Made by a program: the position numbers and the translations under genes
NCBI GenBank assembly: GCA_963757605.1
Contig: CAVWSF010000005.1
Location: 1,587,667 to 1,651,666, forward strand
Length of the DNA stretch: 64,000 nt
Reading direction: 5' to 3'
Origin: an uncultured Actinomycetes bacterium
Lineage (GTDB): Bacteria; Actinomycetota; Thermoleophilia; Gaiellales; JAICJC01
In this document: in pieces, positions 8,397-17,065 of the stretch
Layout: each line of letters opens with the position of its first letter
Position numbering within the stretch: position 1 is the first letter of the stretch
The notes under the pieces: generated by a model
Database searches by the model: none
The model's input: only the letters and a program-made list of their open reading frames with translations
What the model was told of the DNA's origin: nothing

Positions 8397-9770
8397 TCAG
8401 CCGAGCATGCGGCGCAGGCGCGCCCATGCCGATGCCGGCTCGGGCTGAGCGGCCTCGGCGGACTGCTCGGGCTCGCCTTTGTCGCCGGGCGCCTCGGCGG
8501 CCTGATCCGCGTCGGCGTCGGCGGTCTCGGCCTCGACGAGCATCTCGGGCTCCGCGGCCATCTCGGCCTCGGGCTCGTCCTCAGGCTCGGGCTCGGTCTC
8601 GGGCTCTGGCTCGGCGACCACCTCGGCCTCCGGCTCCGGCTCCGGCTCGGCGGGCATCTCGGCCTCCGGCTCCGTCTCCACCTCTGGCTCGACCATCTCA
8701 GGCTCCGCCTCCGGCTCGGCGATCATCTCGGCCTCCGGCTCGGGCGCAGCCGTCGTCTCCGCCTCCGGCTCAGCCGTCTCCGCCGCCGGCTCGGCAGCCA
8801 TCACGGGCTCCGGCTCGTCGACGGTCGCAGCCCGGCGCAGCGCCTCCCGGTCGGCCATCCGGCGGACGCGCTCGGAGTAGCGCTGCGCCCGCTCCTCGAG
8901 AACATCGCCCTCGCGCTCGGCGGAGGAGAGGATCTCACCCGCTCGGCGCTCGGCGTCGCGCAGGATCGCCTCGGCCTGGCGCGCGGCGGACTCGCGCTCG
9001 AGGCGCGTGGCCGCTGTGACCTGTGACACCTGGTCGGCCAGCATCCGCTCGAACGACGCCAGCGTGGCCTTCGTCCGGGCCAGGGCCGCGCTCGCGTTCT
9101 CGGCTGGTTCCGCCGCCTCGGCGGCCTCCGGCTCCTCGTCGCCGGCCTGGACGCGGTCGATCGCCGCCACCAGCTCCCCGACCGTCATCGACACGGCGTC
9201 CTCCACGCCGAGGGCGACGGCCATCCGGAAGAGGCGCACGCGGTCGGCCTCAGGATCGGCGGGCTCCTCCTCCTCCTCGACGTCCGTCTCCGGAACCTGA
9301 GGCAGCGGGAGCGTCGCGGCGGACACGACATCCGGCACCGGCTGCTCGGCGACCTCGGCGAGCGCGGTCGGCGCGGTCGACGCCTCGGTGACGCGCCGGA
9401 GTCGCTCGACGATGCCCTGCGCCCAGCCACTCTGCATCGCGGCGTGCTCGGCGGGGGCCTCGGAGTCCGTCTCGGGCTCCTCGTCCGCGGCCGGCTCAGG
9501 CGCGGCGCCGTTGGCCTGGGCCGTCCCGGCGCGCTCGTTCATCCACGCATTGAGCTCGGCCATGTACGAGTCGACGTCCGGCCGCCAGTAGCCGAGCGAC
9601 ACGACGCCGAACGACTGGTGCTTCAGCCGCCGGAGCTCGTCCTGCCAGTCCAGGTCCGCGGACTCCATCCGGTCGGCCAGCTCCCGCAGGTAGCGGTCGA
9701 CGTCGTCCTGGTTGTACCCATGCGCGCCGAACGAGAACGTTCGGTTCCTGATGTCGCTGCTGTCATGCAT
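8397..9770 (-). CDS. DivIVA-domain repeat protein with long acidic Pro/Glu/Ala-rich C-terminal region
   Basis: Two DivIVA-type N-terminal motifs are present: 'FSFGAHGYNQDDVDRYLRELADRM' and 'FGVVSLGYWRPDVDSYMAELNAWM'. A central coiled-coil-like segment follows. Start set to ATG 9770 (MHDSS); the ORF track begins at TTG 9776. Confidence 0.8.
   Translation of the reverse strand: MHDSSDIRNRTFSFGAHGYNQDDVDRYLRELADRMESADLDWQDELRRLKHQSFGVVSLGYWRPDVDSYMAELNAWMNERAGTAQANGAAPEPAADEEPETDSEAPAEHAAMQSGWAQGIVERLRRVTEASTAPTALAEVAEQPVPDVVSAATLPLPQVPETDVEEEEEPADPEADRVRLFRMAVALGVEDAVSMTVGELVAAIDRVQAGDEEPEAAEAAEPAENASAALARTKATLASFERMLADQVSQVTAATRLERESAARQAEAILRDAERRAGEILSSAEREGDVLEERAQRYSERVRRMADREALRRAATVDEPEPVMAAEPAAETAEPEAETTAAPEPEAEMIAEPEAEPEMVEPEVETEPEAEMPAEPEPEPEAEVVAEPEPETEPEPEDEPEAEMAAEPEMLVEAETADADADQAAEAPGDKGEPEQSAEAAQPEPASAWARLRRMLG
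8433..8822 (-). repeat. coding low-complexity region (about 130 aa of EPEAE/EPEPE-type acidic repeats)
   Basis: The protein reads '...EPEAETTAAPEPEAEMIAEPEAEPEMVEPEVETEPEAEMPAEPEPEPEAEVVAEPEPETEPEPEDEPEAEMAAEPE...'. The DNA shows reiterated ggctccggctc/ctcggcctc units. Confidence 0.6.
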
Positions 9771-9911
9771 TCCCAAGCACCGCCCTCACCGATTCCAGGT
9801 TCTTCCTATGGCGACTGTACGGGCGATCTCGACGAGGTCAATCCCGGGCGCGCCTATTGACGGCCGCGGCAACGGCGCGTATTCGTCGAATGACGAGGAG
9901 GGTGAGGCGGT

Positions 9912-11366
9912 ATGTCGGATCAGAGGACAACACTCATGGCGAAGCTCGCAGCGGCTCGGGGCCGGCTGTGGCTGGTCGCCGTTGTAGCGGTTGCCGCAGG
10001 CCTGGCGGCGGCGGCGGTGGCATCGGCGCGCGCGCCGGTCTACGCGGCTGAGGCGCAGGTCGGGTTCGGGACGACGAGCGTCCCCGCGCAGGCGTCGGCG
10101 GGGCTCACACCCGCGATGGCCCACCGGGCGATTCGCCGGGCCGGCATCGACGGGATGTCGCCGCGCCAGCTCCTCGACAACACCAGGATCTCGGTCGACC
10201 CGGGCTCCGGCGTCGCGGTCGTCCGCGTCACCGACTCGAACCGGGCCCAGGCCCGCCGGCTCGCGAACGCCTACGCGCAGACGCTCGTGGTCACCCGCAG
10301 GCATCGGATCGCCGAGGGCGCGGCACGCACCAAGGCCAGCCTTCAGCGCCAGCTCGCCGCCGCGGGCCACGGGCTCAAGACCGCCCACGGATCGACTCGG
10401 ATGTCGCTGCGCGCGCAGTACGGCGCGGTCGTTCGCCAGTGGCAGATCATCGACACTCGCACGACGGTCGCGATGGACGGCGTCCAGGTGATCGGGCGGC
10501 CGGCAGCGACCAGCGAGAACCAGCACGTCGTGCGCGACGGCCTTCTGGCCGCGCTGGTCGCCGCGCTCGCGGCCCTCGCCGTCATCGTCGCCACGACGCG
10601 TCCCGGCCGCGGACGTGTCCGCTCGGCTCGCGAGCTGGGCCGCGCCTTGCGCCTGCCTGTCCTCGGCACCCTGTCCGGGACGGTCTCCGACGCCTGGGAC
10701 GGCATCGGTCAGGTCCGCGCGCGGATCGCGTCGACCGGCCTCCCCCGGCCCGCTGCCATCGCGGTCTCGGGTGCGGACCACGAGGACTCCACGTCGGACA
10801 CCGTCGTCGGCCTCGCGCTGGCGATGGCGCGCCAGGGCCGGCGGGTGACCGTCGTCGACCTCGACGTCGCCCGGCCACGCGTGCACCGCCAGCTCGGCGC
10901 CGACGGGGCCCCGGGTGCGGCGGACGTCGTCGCGGGCCGGGTCCGGATCGACGACGGACTGGTCATGTTCGACGACCGCGGCGTGCCGGTGACCGAGGCG
11001 CCGTTCGCGGCCGGCTGCATCAGCCTGCTGCCGGCTGGTGCGCTGGACGGCAGCCTGTGGGACATGCTGTCCTCGCCGGCGCTCAGGGACGTGTTCCGCC
11101 GGCTGCGGCGCGACTCCGATTTCGTGCTGGTGGCCTGTCCACCGGCGACGGAGCCCGACGCGGTCGCTGCGCTCGCCGACCTGGCCGACGGGCTCGTGAT
11201 CGTCGCCCGGCTCGGGTCGCTGCGGTGGGATGAGGTCGCCGCGCTGCGGGCATCGCTCGAGAGCATCCCGCTTGCGAAGCTCGGCACCGTCGCCGTGGCG
11301 GGCCCGCCGTCCGTCGTGCACCCGGCGCTCACGCCCTCGGGACGGGCCGCGCCCGCGACGTACTGA
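9912..11366 (+). CDS. Wzz-like (two-TM chain-length-determinant topology) protein fused to a ParA/BY-kinase-like domain with degenerate Walker A
   Basis: TM helices lie at about aa 18-38 and about aa 205-225. The C-terminal domain has 'VTVVDLDVARPRVH' (Walker A'-like) and 'FVLVACPP' (Walker B position). The P-loop position reads 'VSGADHEDSTSDT' and lacks the G-K-S/T motif. ATG 9912 is preceded by a GAGGAGGG SD. Confidence 0.7.
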   Translation: MSDQRTTLMAKLAAARGRLWLVAVVAVAAGLAAAAVASARAPVYAAEAQVGFGTTSVPAQASAGLTPAMAHRAIRRAGIDGMSPRQLLDNTRISVDPGSGVAVVRVTDSNRAQARRLANAYAQTLVVTRRHRIAEGAARTKASLQRQLAAAGHGLKTAHGSTRMSLRAQYGAVVRQWQIIDTRTTVAMDGVQVIGRPAATSENQHVVRDGLLAALVAALAALAVIVATTRPGRGRVRSARELGRALRLPVLGTLSGTVSDAWDGIGQVRARIASTGLPRPAAIAVSGADHEDSTSDTVVGLALAMARQGRRVTVVDLDVARPRVHRQLGADGAPGAADVVAGRVRIDDGLVMFDDRGVPVTEAPFAAGCISLLPAGALDGSLWDMLSSPALRDVFRRLRRDSDFVLVACPPATEPDAVAALADLADGLVIVARLGSLRWDEVAALRASLESIPLAKLGTVAVAGPPSVVHPALTPSGRAAPATY

Positions 11367-11381
11367 CCGCCGCGGCCCCGA

Positions 11382-12338
11382 CTACCGAATCGCCGCGAGC
11401 TCGGACGCGATCCGGCTCAAGACGTCGGCCGCGGGCTCGACGGACGTGATTCGGCCGACGCCCCGGCCGGCGTAGAGGCACATCGCCTCGAGCTCGCCGG
11501 TGGTGTCGCGCCGGGGCTCGTCGGCCGCGTACCGCTCGATGTCGATCCGGCCGTGGCGGGCGACCACGTCGCCCTCCCCCGGCCGCGACCCCGACGGCGG
11601 GCGGCCGGCCTCGTCCCAGCGGCGGTAGGTGCTGTTGCGAAGGACGCGATGGGGAGCGCCGGGCCAACCGCCGTCGAAGAGGCCCGTGAGCACCGTGTCG
11701 GCGGCCGAGGCGGCGACGAGACGCGCCGACCACTCGGCGTGCACGTCCGCCTCCTCCGTCGCGACGAAGCGCGTCCCGAGCAGCGCGCCGGCGGCTCCCA
11801 CGGCCATCGCCGCCGCGACGCCCTGGCCGTCGGCGATGCCGCCCGCCGCGAGCACCGGCACGGGCAGCGTGCGGGCCAGCTCCTCGACGAGCGCGAGCAC
11901 GCCGGTGTCGCCCTGGACGTGGCCGCCGGCCTCGACTCCCTGGGCCACGACGACGTCGCAGCCCGCGGCGACCGCCGCCCGGGCCTCGGCCGCCGAGCCG
12001 GCCTGCGCGAGCACCGTGGCCCCGGACGCGTGGGCACGCGCGACCAGGCCGGCGTCGGTCCCCCAGGAGAACGAGATCAGCTCGACCTCCTCGGCGAGCG
12101 CGAGCTCGAGCCGCTCCTCCTGCTCGAACGCGAGGACGAGGTTGACCATGAACGGGCGCTCGGTCCGCCGGCGGATCTCGCGGATCTGCGACCGCATAGT
12201 CTCGGGCTCCGTCCACGACGCGCCCAGCGAGCCGATCCCGCCTGCCTCCGAGACGGCGGCAGCCAGGACCGGGGTGGCGGCCGGCCCGATCGGCGCCTGC
12301 ACCACCGGCACGCGCCACGGAAGCGGGGGGCCATTCAC
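11382..12338 (-). CDS. nitronate monooxygenase (NMO / 2-nitropropane dioxygenase family, FMN TIM barrel)
   Basis: Only the last 318 codons of the 906-aa ORF 11382..14102 look coding. Motifs 'VPVVQAPIGP...AAVSEAGGIGSLG', 'VVAQGVEAGGH' and 'AAGGIADG' are present. Start is GTG 12338. Confidence 0.85.
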   Translation of the reverse strand: MNGPPLPWRVPVVQAPIGPAATPVLAAAVSEAGGIGSLGASWTEPETMRSQIREIRRRTERPFMVNLVLAFEQEERLELALAEEVELISFSWGTDAGLVARAHASGATVLAQAGSAAEARAAVAAGCDVVVAQGVEAGGHVQGDTGVLALVEELARTLPVPVLAAGGIADGQGVAAAMAVGAAGALLGTRFVATEEADVHAEWSARLVAASAADTVLTGLFDGGWPGAPHRVLRNSTYRRWDEAGRPPSGSRPGEGDVVARHGRIDIERYAADEPRRDTTGELEAMCLYAGRGVGRITSVEPAADVLSRIASELAAIR

Positions 12339-12370
12339 TCCGCGATCGTACCGCGGCGCAATTGCGCGAT

Positions 12371-15067
12371 CTACGTCTCGGCCGCGGCGGGCCGCCCCGG
12401 CCGGCGGGCGGCCAGCTCGGCCCGGTTTCGCACGCCGACCTTGCGGTAGATGCGGGACAGATGCGCCTCGACCGTCTTCTCGCTCATCCAGAGCGCCGCG
12501 GCGATCTCTTTGTTCCGCTTGCCCTCCGAGATGAGGCTCGCGACCTCGAGCTCGGCGGGTGTCAGCTCGTCGCGCTGCGCGGGCTCGCGCCGCAGCACCT
12601 TCCCGCTGCGGGCAAGCGCGGAGGCGGCCTGCTCCTCCCACCGCGCCGCCCCCAGGCGCTCGAGCGCCGCCCGGGCCTCCTCGAGCAGCTCGCGCGACTC
12701 GACCCGCTGCCCCGCGCGCCGCAGCGCGTCGCCCCATGCAAGCGCGGTGCGGGCCGCTGCGAATGGGTCGTCCCCGCGCCCGTGGAGCTCCCGGGCGTGC
12801 GCGAAGTGGGCGTCGCTCTCGACGCCGGCGACGGCCAGCGCCCGCTCGGCCACGGCGATCGCCGACTCCCGTCCGGAGCGGCGGGCGTCCTCGTGGAGCT
12901 TGGCGGCGGCCGCGACGGCCTCGTCGGCCCGGCCGGATCGCACGAGCGCCTCGACGAGATCGGCGCCGATCACCGGATGGGTCGTCGCGTCCGCGATCCC
13001 ACATCGCTCCTTGATCGCGAGCGCGGCCGCCAGCTCGGGGGCGGCCTCGTCCGCCTCGCCCGCGGCGAGCGCATGCTGTCCGCGGGCGGCGTGGACGCAC
13101 ATGAGCTGGTAGGGCAGCTCCAGGCGCTCGGACAGGTCCTGCTGGTGGGCGAGGGCCTCCTCGTCGAGGCGGCCCTGCGCGGCCGCCAGCCACGTGAGGA
13201 TGCTGAGCCCCCAGCACTCGTCGTTGGCGCGCCCCAACTGCCGGGAGAGGCGGACCGCGCGCTGGCCGTCGGCCTGGGCGCCCTGCCACGCGCCGGTCGT
13301 CCGCCGCAGCCACGCGCGGCTGATGAGCGGGTAGGTGAGCGCGCCAGGCGCCGACTGCTCGCACTCGTCGATCAGCTCGTCGAGGGTGCGCGACGCGGTC
13401 TCGTTGCGCTCGGCGAAGGCGAGCGTCATCCCCAGGTAGGCACGCAGCTGGAGGTCGCCCCGCACCGAGGGCGTGGCGGCCACGTCGGCCGCCACGGCGT
13501 CGATGTCCCGAACGGCCGTGTCGGCGTCGCCCAGGAAGACGAGCGAGGCGGCGCGGGCGATCCGGGCCAGGAGCTCGAGCGGGTCGCCGGCCGGCGCCAG
13601 CTCGAGCGCGCGGTCGGAGGCGTCGAGCGCCTCCTGCGGACGGCCGGCGCGGATGGACGGGTCGACGCACTCGATGTAGAGGGTGGCCGCGGAGTGCGCG
13701 TCGGCCTCCTCGAGCCGGCGGGCCGCGCGCAGGAGCCGGGATCCCGCGGCCTTGGTGGAGCTGCTGCGGGCCTCGATCCGTCCGCGCAGGAGCTCGACCC
13801 GCGCGACGTCGCCCGGCGGCGGCCCGTCGCGCTCGATCTCCGTCAGGATCGCCCCGGCCGCCGCGGCCTGGCCGCTGGCGTGGGCCGCATCGGCTGCCGC
13901 GAGCAGGCGGCGCACACGGGCCTCCGGCTCGACGCTCAGCGCCGCTGCTCGTTCGTACCACTCGGCCGTCGCGATCGCCCCGCCGCGCAGGCGCACGTCG
14001 GACGCCAGCCGGTCGACGGCTGCGGCCAGCTCCTCGTCCGGCTCCGTGGCAGCCGCCGCCCTGTGGGCGACCTGCTCCCATTCGAGCTCCGGCTCCACGC
14101 ACGCGGCCGCGAGGGCGGCGTGGGCGCGGCGCCGGTCAGGCCCGCTCGCGGCCCCGTAGACGGCCGACCGGATGAGCGGATGCCGAAAGCCCAGCCGCCC
14201 GGGCTCGACGCGCACGAGACCGTCGCGCTCGGCTGGCGCGAAGGCGTCGTCGGTCAGGCCGGCGCCGGCAAGCGCGCGGCGGATGACGAGCGGGCGGTCG
14301 GACCGGCAGGTCGCGAGGAGCAGCAGCGCCTCGCGGCACGACTCCGGCAGCGCCTCGACCATGCGGGCGTAGGCCTCCTCCAGGTTCGTGTGGCCCGGCT
14401 CGGCGCGGCCGTCCCCGCTCGTGGCGAGCTCGAGGAGCGCGAGCGGGTTCCCGGCGGCGACGGAGACCGTGTGCTGGACGGCGTCCGCCACGAGGCCGCG
14501 CTCCTCCAGGAGCTCGCGGGCCTGCTCCGCCGTCAGCGGTTGCGGGCTGATCGACGGCAGGTCGGCATAGCCCTTGGAGCGGGTCGCGATGAGGAGCGCC
14601 ACCCGGTCAGCCGCGATCCGGCGGGCCGCGAAGGCGATCGCCTCGGCAGAGGCCGCGTCGAGCCAGTGCGCGTCGTCGACGAGGGCGAGCACCGGCTGCG
14701 CCACGGCCGCCGCGCAGACCAGGTTGAACGCGCCGACGAGCACGGCCAGCCGGTCGACGGGCTGCGTCGGCCCGAGCGCGAGCGCGCTTCGCAGCGCCTC
14801 GGCCTGGCGGTCGGGGAGCTTCGAGACGAGCGCCGCGAACGGGGTGAGCAGGTCGACGAGGCCGACGAACGGGACCGACGCCTCGGCCTCGACACCCCGG
14901 GCCCGGACGATCGCCATGTCGCCGGCGCCCGCGGCGGCGTGCTCGAGGAGCGACGTCTTGCCGATGCCCGGCTCGCCCGAGACCACCAGCGTCCCGCCGT
15001 GCCCGGAGCGCGCGTCGTCGAGCAGGCGCTCGATGCGCAGGCACTCCTCCCCCCGGCCCACCAGCAT
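12371..15067 (-). CDS. LAL-type LuxR-family regulator (N-terminal AAA/P-loop, TPR-like middle, C-terminal LuxR HTH)
   Basis: 'LVGRGEE...VVSGEPGIGKTSLL' gives the Walker A motif, and a long helical repeat region follows. The C-terminus has 'LTPAELEVASLISEGKRNKEIAAALWMSEKTVEAHLSRIYRKLGV'-type HTH. Start moved to ATG 15067. Confidence 0.85.
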   Translation of the reverse strand: MLVGRGEECLRIERLLDDARSGHGGTLVVSGEPGIGKTSLLEHAAAGAGDMAIVRARGVEAEASVPFVGLVDLLTPFAALVSKLPDRQAEALRSALALGPTQPVDRLAVLVGAFNLVCAAAVAQPVLALVDDAHWLDAASAEAIAFAARRIAADRVALLIATRSKGYADLPSISPQPLTAEQARELLEERGLVADAVQHTVSVAAGNPLALLELATSGDGRAEPGHTNLEEAYARMVEALPESCREALLLLATCRSDRPLVIRRALAGAGLTDDAFAPAERDGLVRVEPGRLGFRHPLIRSAVYGAASGPDRRRAHAALAAACVEPELEWEQVAHRAAAATEPDEELAAAVDRLASDVRLRGGAIATAEWYERAAALSVEPEARVRRLLAAADAAHASGQAAAAGAILTEIERDGPPPGDVARVELLRGRIEARSSSTKAAGSRLLRAARRLEEADAHSAATLYIECVDPSIRAGRPQEALDASDRALELAPAGDPLELLARIARAASLVFLGDADTAVRDIDAVAADVAATPSVRGDLQLRAYLGMTLAFAERNETASRTLDELIDECEQSAPGALTYPLISRAWLRRTTGAWQGAQADGQRAVRLSRQLGRANDECWGLSILTWLAAAQGRLDEEALAHQQDLSERLELPYQLMCVHAARGQHALAAGEADEAAPELAAALAIKERCGIADATTHPVIGADLVEALVRSGRADEAVAAAAKLHEDARRSGRESAIAVAERALAVAGVESDAHFAHARELHGRGDDPFAAARTALAWGDALRRAGQRVESRELLEEARAALERLGAARWEEQAASALARSGKVLRREPAQRDELTPAELEVASLISEGKRNKEIAAALWMSEKTVEAHLSRIYRKVGVRNRAELAARRPGRPAAAET

Positions 15068-15140
15068 GCGGCGAGTGTACCGATCGTCGCAAGCTGCGGC
15101 ACAGTGCGGAACGGGGCGTCCGTGCAAAGCTTTCGGCCGC

Positions 15141-15776
15141 ATGCGGATCGCCATCATCGGTGCGGGCGCGATGGGCTCGGCGCTGGCGCGACGACTCGTC
15201 GCCGCGGGCCACTCGGTCGTCATCGGCTCCCGTGACGCCGGCCGGGCCCGGGCCGCTGCGGCGCGGGTGGGCGCGGCATCGGGGACGAGCTACGCCGAGG
15301 CGGCGGAGGTTGGCGACGTCGTCGTCCTGACCGTGCCGTGGCGGGCTGTTGGCGAGGTCGTGCCCGCGCTGCCGCTCGACGGCAAGATCCTGGTCGACGC
15401 GACGAACCCGTACCTCGACGACACCTTCGACGGCGGCGACGCGACGTGGTCGGCGCGCGACGAGTTCCCGCCCGGCGAGTCAGGCGCGTCGGCGATCCAG
15501 GCCCTCGCCCCCGGGGCCCGCGTCGTGAAGGCCTGGAACCACGTGTGGGCGCGCGCCGCAGAGCGGGGGTTGGGCGAGGTCCGGCCCGCGGTCTTCGTCT
15601 GCGGTGACGACGCCGCGGCCCGAGCCGTCGTCGCCGGCCTGGCCGCGGAGATGGGCTATGACCCGCACGACGCCGGCGGGCTGGAGCGGGCCCGTTGGCT
15701 CGAGGCGCTGACGCCGCTCGTCATCGCGCTCGGGGACTCCGCCTGCGCGCTCACGATGACGCGGACGCCCGGCTAG
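15141..15776 (+). CDS. NAD(P)-binding reductase of the NADPH-dependent F420 reductase (NpdG-like) family
   Basis: 'MRIAIIGAGAMGSALARRL' is a Rossmann GxGxxG motif, and 'LVDATNP' and 'VKAWN' are present. 211 aa. The upstream part of ORF 14574..15776 is a shadow of the LAL gene. Confidence 0.75.
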   Translation: MRIAIIGAGAMGSALARRLVAAGHSVVIGSRDAGRARAAAARVGAASGTSYAEAAEVGDVVVLTVPWRAVGEVVPALPLDGKILVDATNPYLDDTFDGGDATWSARDEFPPGESGASAIQALAPGARVVKAWNHVWARAAERGLGEVRPAVFVCGDDAAARAVVAGLAAEMGYDPHDAGGLERARWLEALTPLVIALGDSACALTMTRTPG

Positions 15777-16034
15777 ATCGTTGATTCCCAAATTGGCGGG
15801 ATGGCCGAGCCGCAAGCCAAAGGCTTGCTGCGGTCATGAGCGACCTGCTACCCAGCAGGTCACTCATGGGCGAGAACCGAGCAGCGCAAGGACACAGGGA
15901 AGCCCAATATCAGGCGATAGTGGGCTGACCGAGGACACAGCGATGCGACGGTTCGCAGCCGCAGCCCCGCCACAGTCGCCACCAGTCCCCAGCTGGACGT
16001 CCAGGCGCGCGGCAATTGGGAATCACCGATCTAG
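15773..16034. mobile_element. MITE-like non-coding element: 254 bp bounded by 18/19-nt imperfect terminal inverted repeats and flanked by CTAG on both sides
   Basis: Left end is CTAG|ATCGTTGATTCCCAAATTG (15773-15795). Right end is CAATTGGGAATCACCGAT|CTAG (16013-16034). The TIRs match at 17 positions with 1 mismatch and 1 indel. Hand-counted GC is about 63%, visibly lower than the flanks. There is no ORF, and internal hairpins lie at 15835-15868 and 15993-16004. Confidence 0.5.
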
Positions 16035-16420
16035 TCACTCCACCAGCCCTGGGTCATCTCGACCTCGCTCGGGTCGTCGCCGGCCCCGAAGGCCAGGTAC
16101 TCGATGCCGTCCGGCCCCGCCTCGACGGCCCGCATCGTGTCCTTGTCCAGGCGGATCGCGTCCCACTGGGCGAGCTCGACGATCTTGTCCTCGACCTTGA
16201 TCCGCCCCGACCCCTTGACCACCACGTACACCTCCTCCTGGCCGGCATGCTTGTGGCCGAAGGGGATGCGCAGATTCGGCGCGAGCCGAAACAGGCTGAG
16301 CCCGAGCTCCTGCCCCTCGATGGACCGGCGCGCGAACCGCGCCTCGAGCCCGTCCGGCATCCCGAAGTTGGGCGCCTGGTTCTCGACGTCGATCAGGTTC
16401 TGCTTGGTGTAGCCGGCCAT
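16031..16420 (-). CDS. cupin-domain protein
   Basis: 129 aa with 'PFGHKHAGQEEVYVVVKGSG' (cupin motif 1 with His) and 'AIRLDKDTMRAVEAG' (motif 2 region). Confidence 0.8.
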   Translation of the reverse strand: MAGYTKQNLIDVENQAPNFGMPDGLEARFARRSIEGQELGLSLFRLAPNLRIPFGHKHAGQEEVYVVVKGSGRIKVEDKIVELAQWDAIRLDKDTMRAVEAGPDGIEYLAFGAGDDPSEVEMTQGWWSD

Positions 16421-16481
16421 CGTTGGACCTCCTCGGTCGAGCCGACCGGAGGCCTACCCGCGAGCCGCGGGTGACAAACGC

Positions 16482-16991
16482 CTACGAGGTCGGCGTGGCG
16501 TCTCGCGGCTTGCAGCGCGGGTCGTGATATGCGGCGAGCCGGACGAGGAGCGCATGAAGGGCGGCGCGCTCGCCTGGATCGAGCGGCGCGAGGAACTTGT
16601 CCTCGAGCTTGACCACGATCGCACGGAGCTTCGCGAGCGCCTTTCGCCCCTCCGGCGTCATCTTGACGACGTGCCGGCGGCGGTCTTCGGGATCGCGCTT
16701 GCGGACGACCAGGTCGCGCTCCTCGAGCTCGTCGAGCAGGCGCACGACATGGCTTCGGTCGTAGCCGAGCGCGTCGGCGATCGCCGCCTGGGTCTCGCGC
16801 GGGTCCTCCTCGAGCAGCGCCAGCACCGCGTAGTGGAACGGGCTGAGGCCGGTGCCCTCGAAGGCGCCATGCGAGTGGTCCTTGGCGGCGAAGCCGAGCC
16901 GCTTGAGGAGGAACGTCGAGCTGGAGAGCAGCTCCTTGGGCGGTCCGGCGAAGACCGCAGACCTCACGATCTGGGGTTCTGTCGCGTTCAC
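16482..16991 (-). CDS. MarR-family transcriptional regulator
   Basis: 169 aa with a winged-helix region 'FHYAVLALLEEDPRETQAAIADALGYDRSHVVRLLDELEERDLVVRKRDPEDRRRHVVKMTPEG'. It is divergent from the MFS gene at 17066. Confidence 0.85.
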   Translation of the reverse strand: MNATEPQIVRSAVFAGPPKELLSSSTFLLKRLGFAAKDHSHGAFEGTGLSPFHYAVLALLEEDPRETQAAIADALGYDRSHVVRLLDELEERDLVVRKRDPEDRRRHVVKMTPEGRKALAKLRAIVVKLEDKFLAPLDPGERAALHALLVRLAAYHDPRCKPRDATPTS

Positions 16992-17065
16992 ATCTAGAAG
17001 TGTAGCGCCTCCAAGCGTTCATGTGTGCTATCGTTGCACTCGTCCACGATTTATTGGAGCAATAG

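Noticed and set aside
8433-8822. Reiterated ggctccggctc/ctcggcctc DNA considered as a possible CRISPR array or tandem-repeat locus.
   Set aside because: There is no regular repeat-spacer periodicity. The region lies inside an open frame and simply encodes an acidic EPEAE-type low-complexity tail of the DivIVA protein.
11382-14102. The 906-aa ORF on the minus strand, taken as a single large protein.
   Set aside because: Only its last 318 codons (NMO) look coding. The upstream two thirds is a frame-shadow of the LAL regulator gene (12371..15067), which occupies another frame of the same strand.
12371-15067. The large P-loop/TPR protein considered as a STAND-type defence NTPase.
   Set aside because: The C-terminal canonical LuxR HTH and the overall LAL (MalT-like) layout indicate a transcriptional regulator. 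No effector domain (nuclease, TIR, protease) is present.
15777-16030. The TIR-bounded element interpreted as a 6S/Ms1-like RNA, with the terminal pairing acting as a closing stem.
   Set aside because: Beyond the terminal 18-19 nt, the two halves do not pair with each other. The strong structures are local hairpins (15835-15868, 15993-16004) rather than a rod with a central bubble. The CTAG flanks fit a target-site duplication better. It is not fully excluded without covariation data.
16992-17065. A MarR operator palindrome in the MarR/MFS intergenic region (GTGCTATCGTTGCAC).
   Set aside because: The half-sites are only partially complementary when checked base by base. This is too weak to report as a feature.
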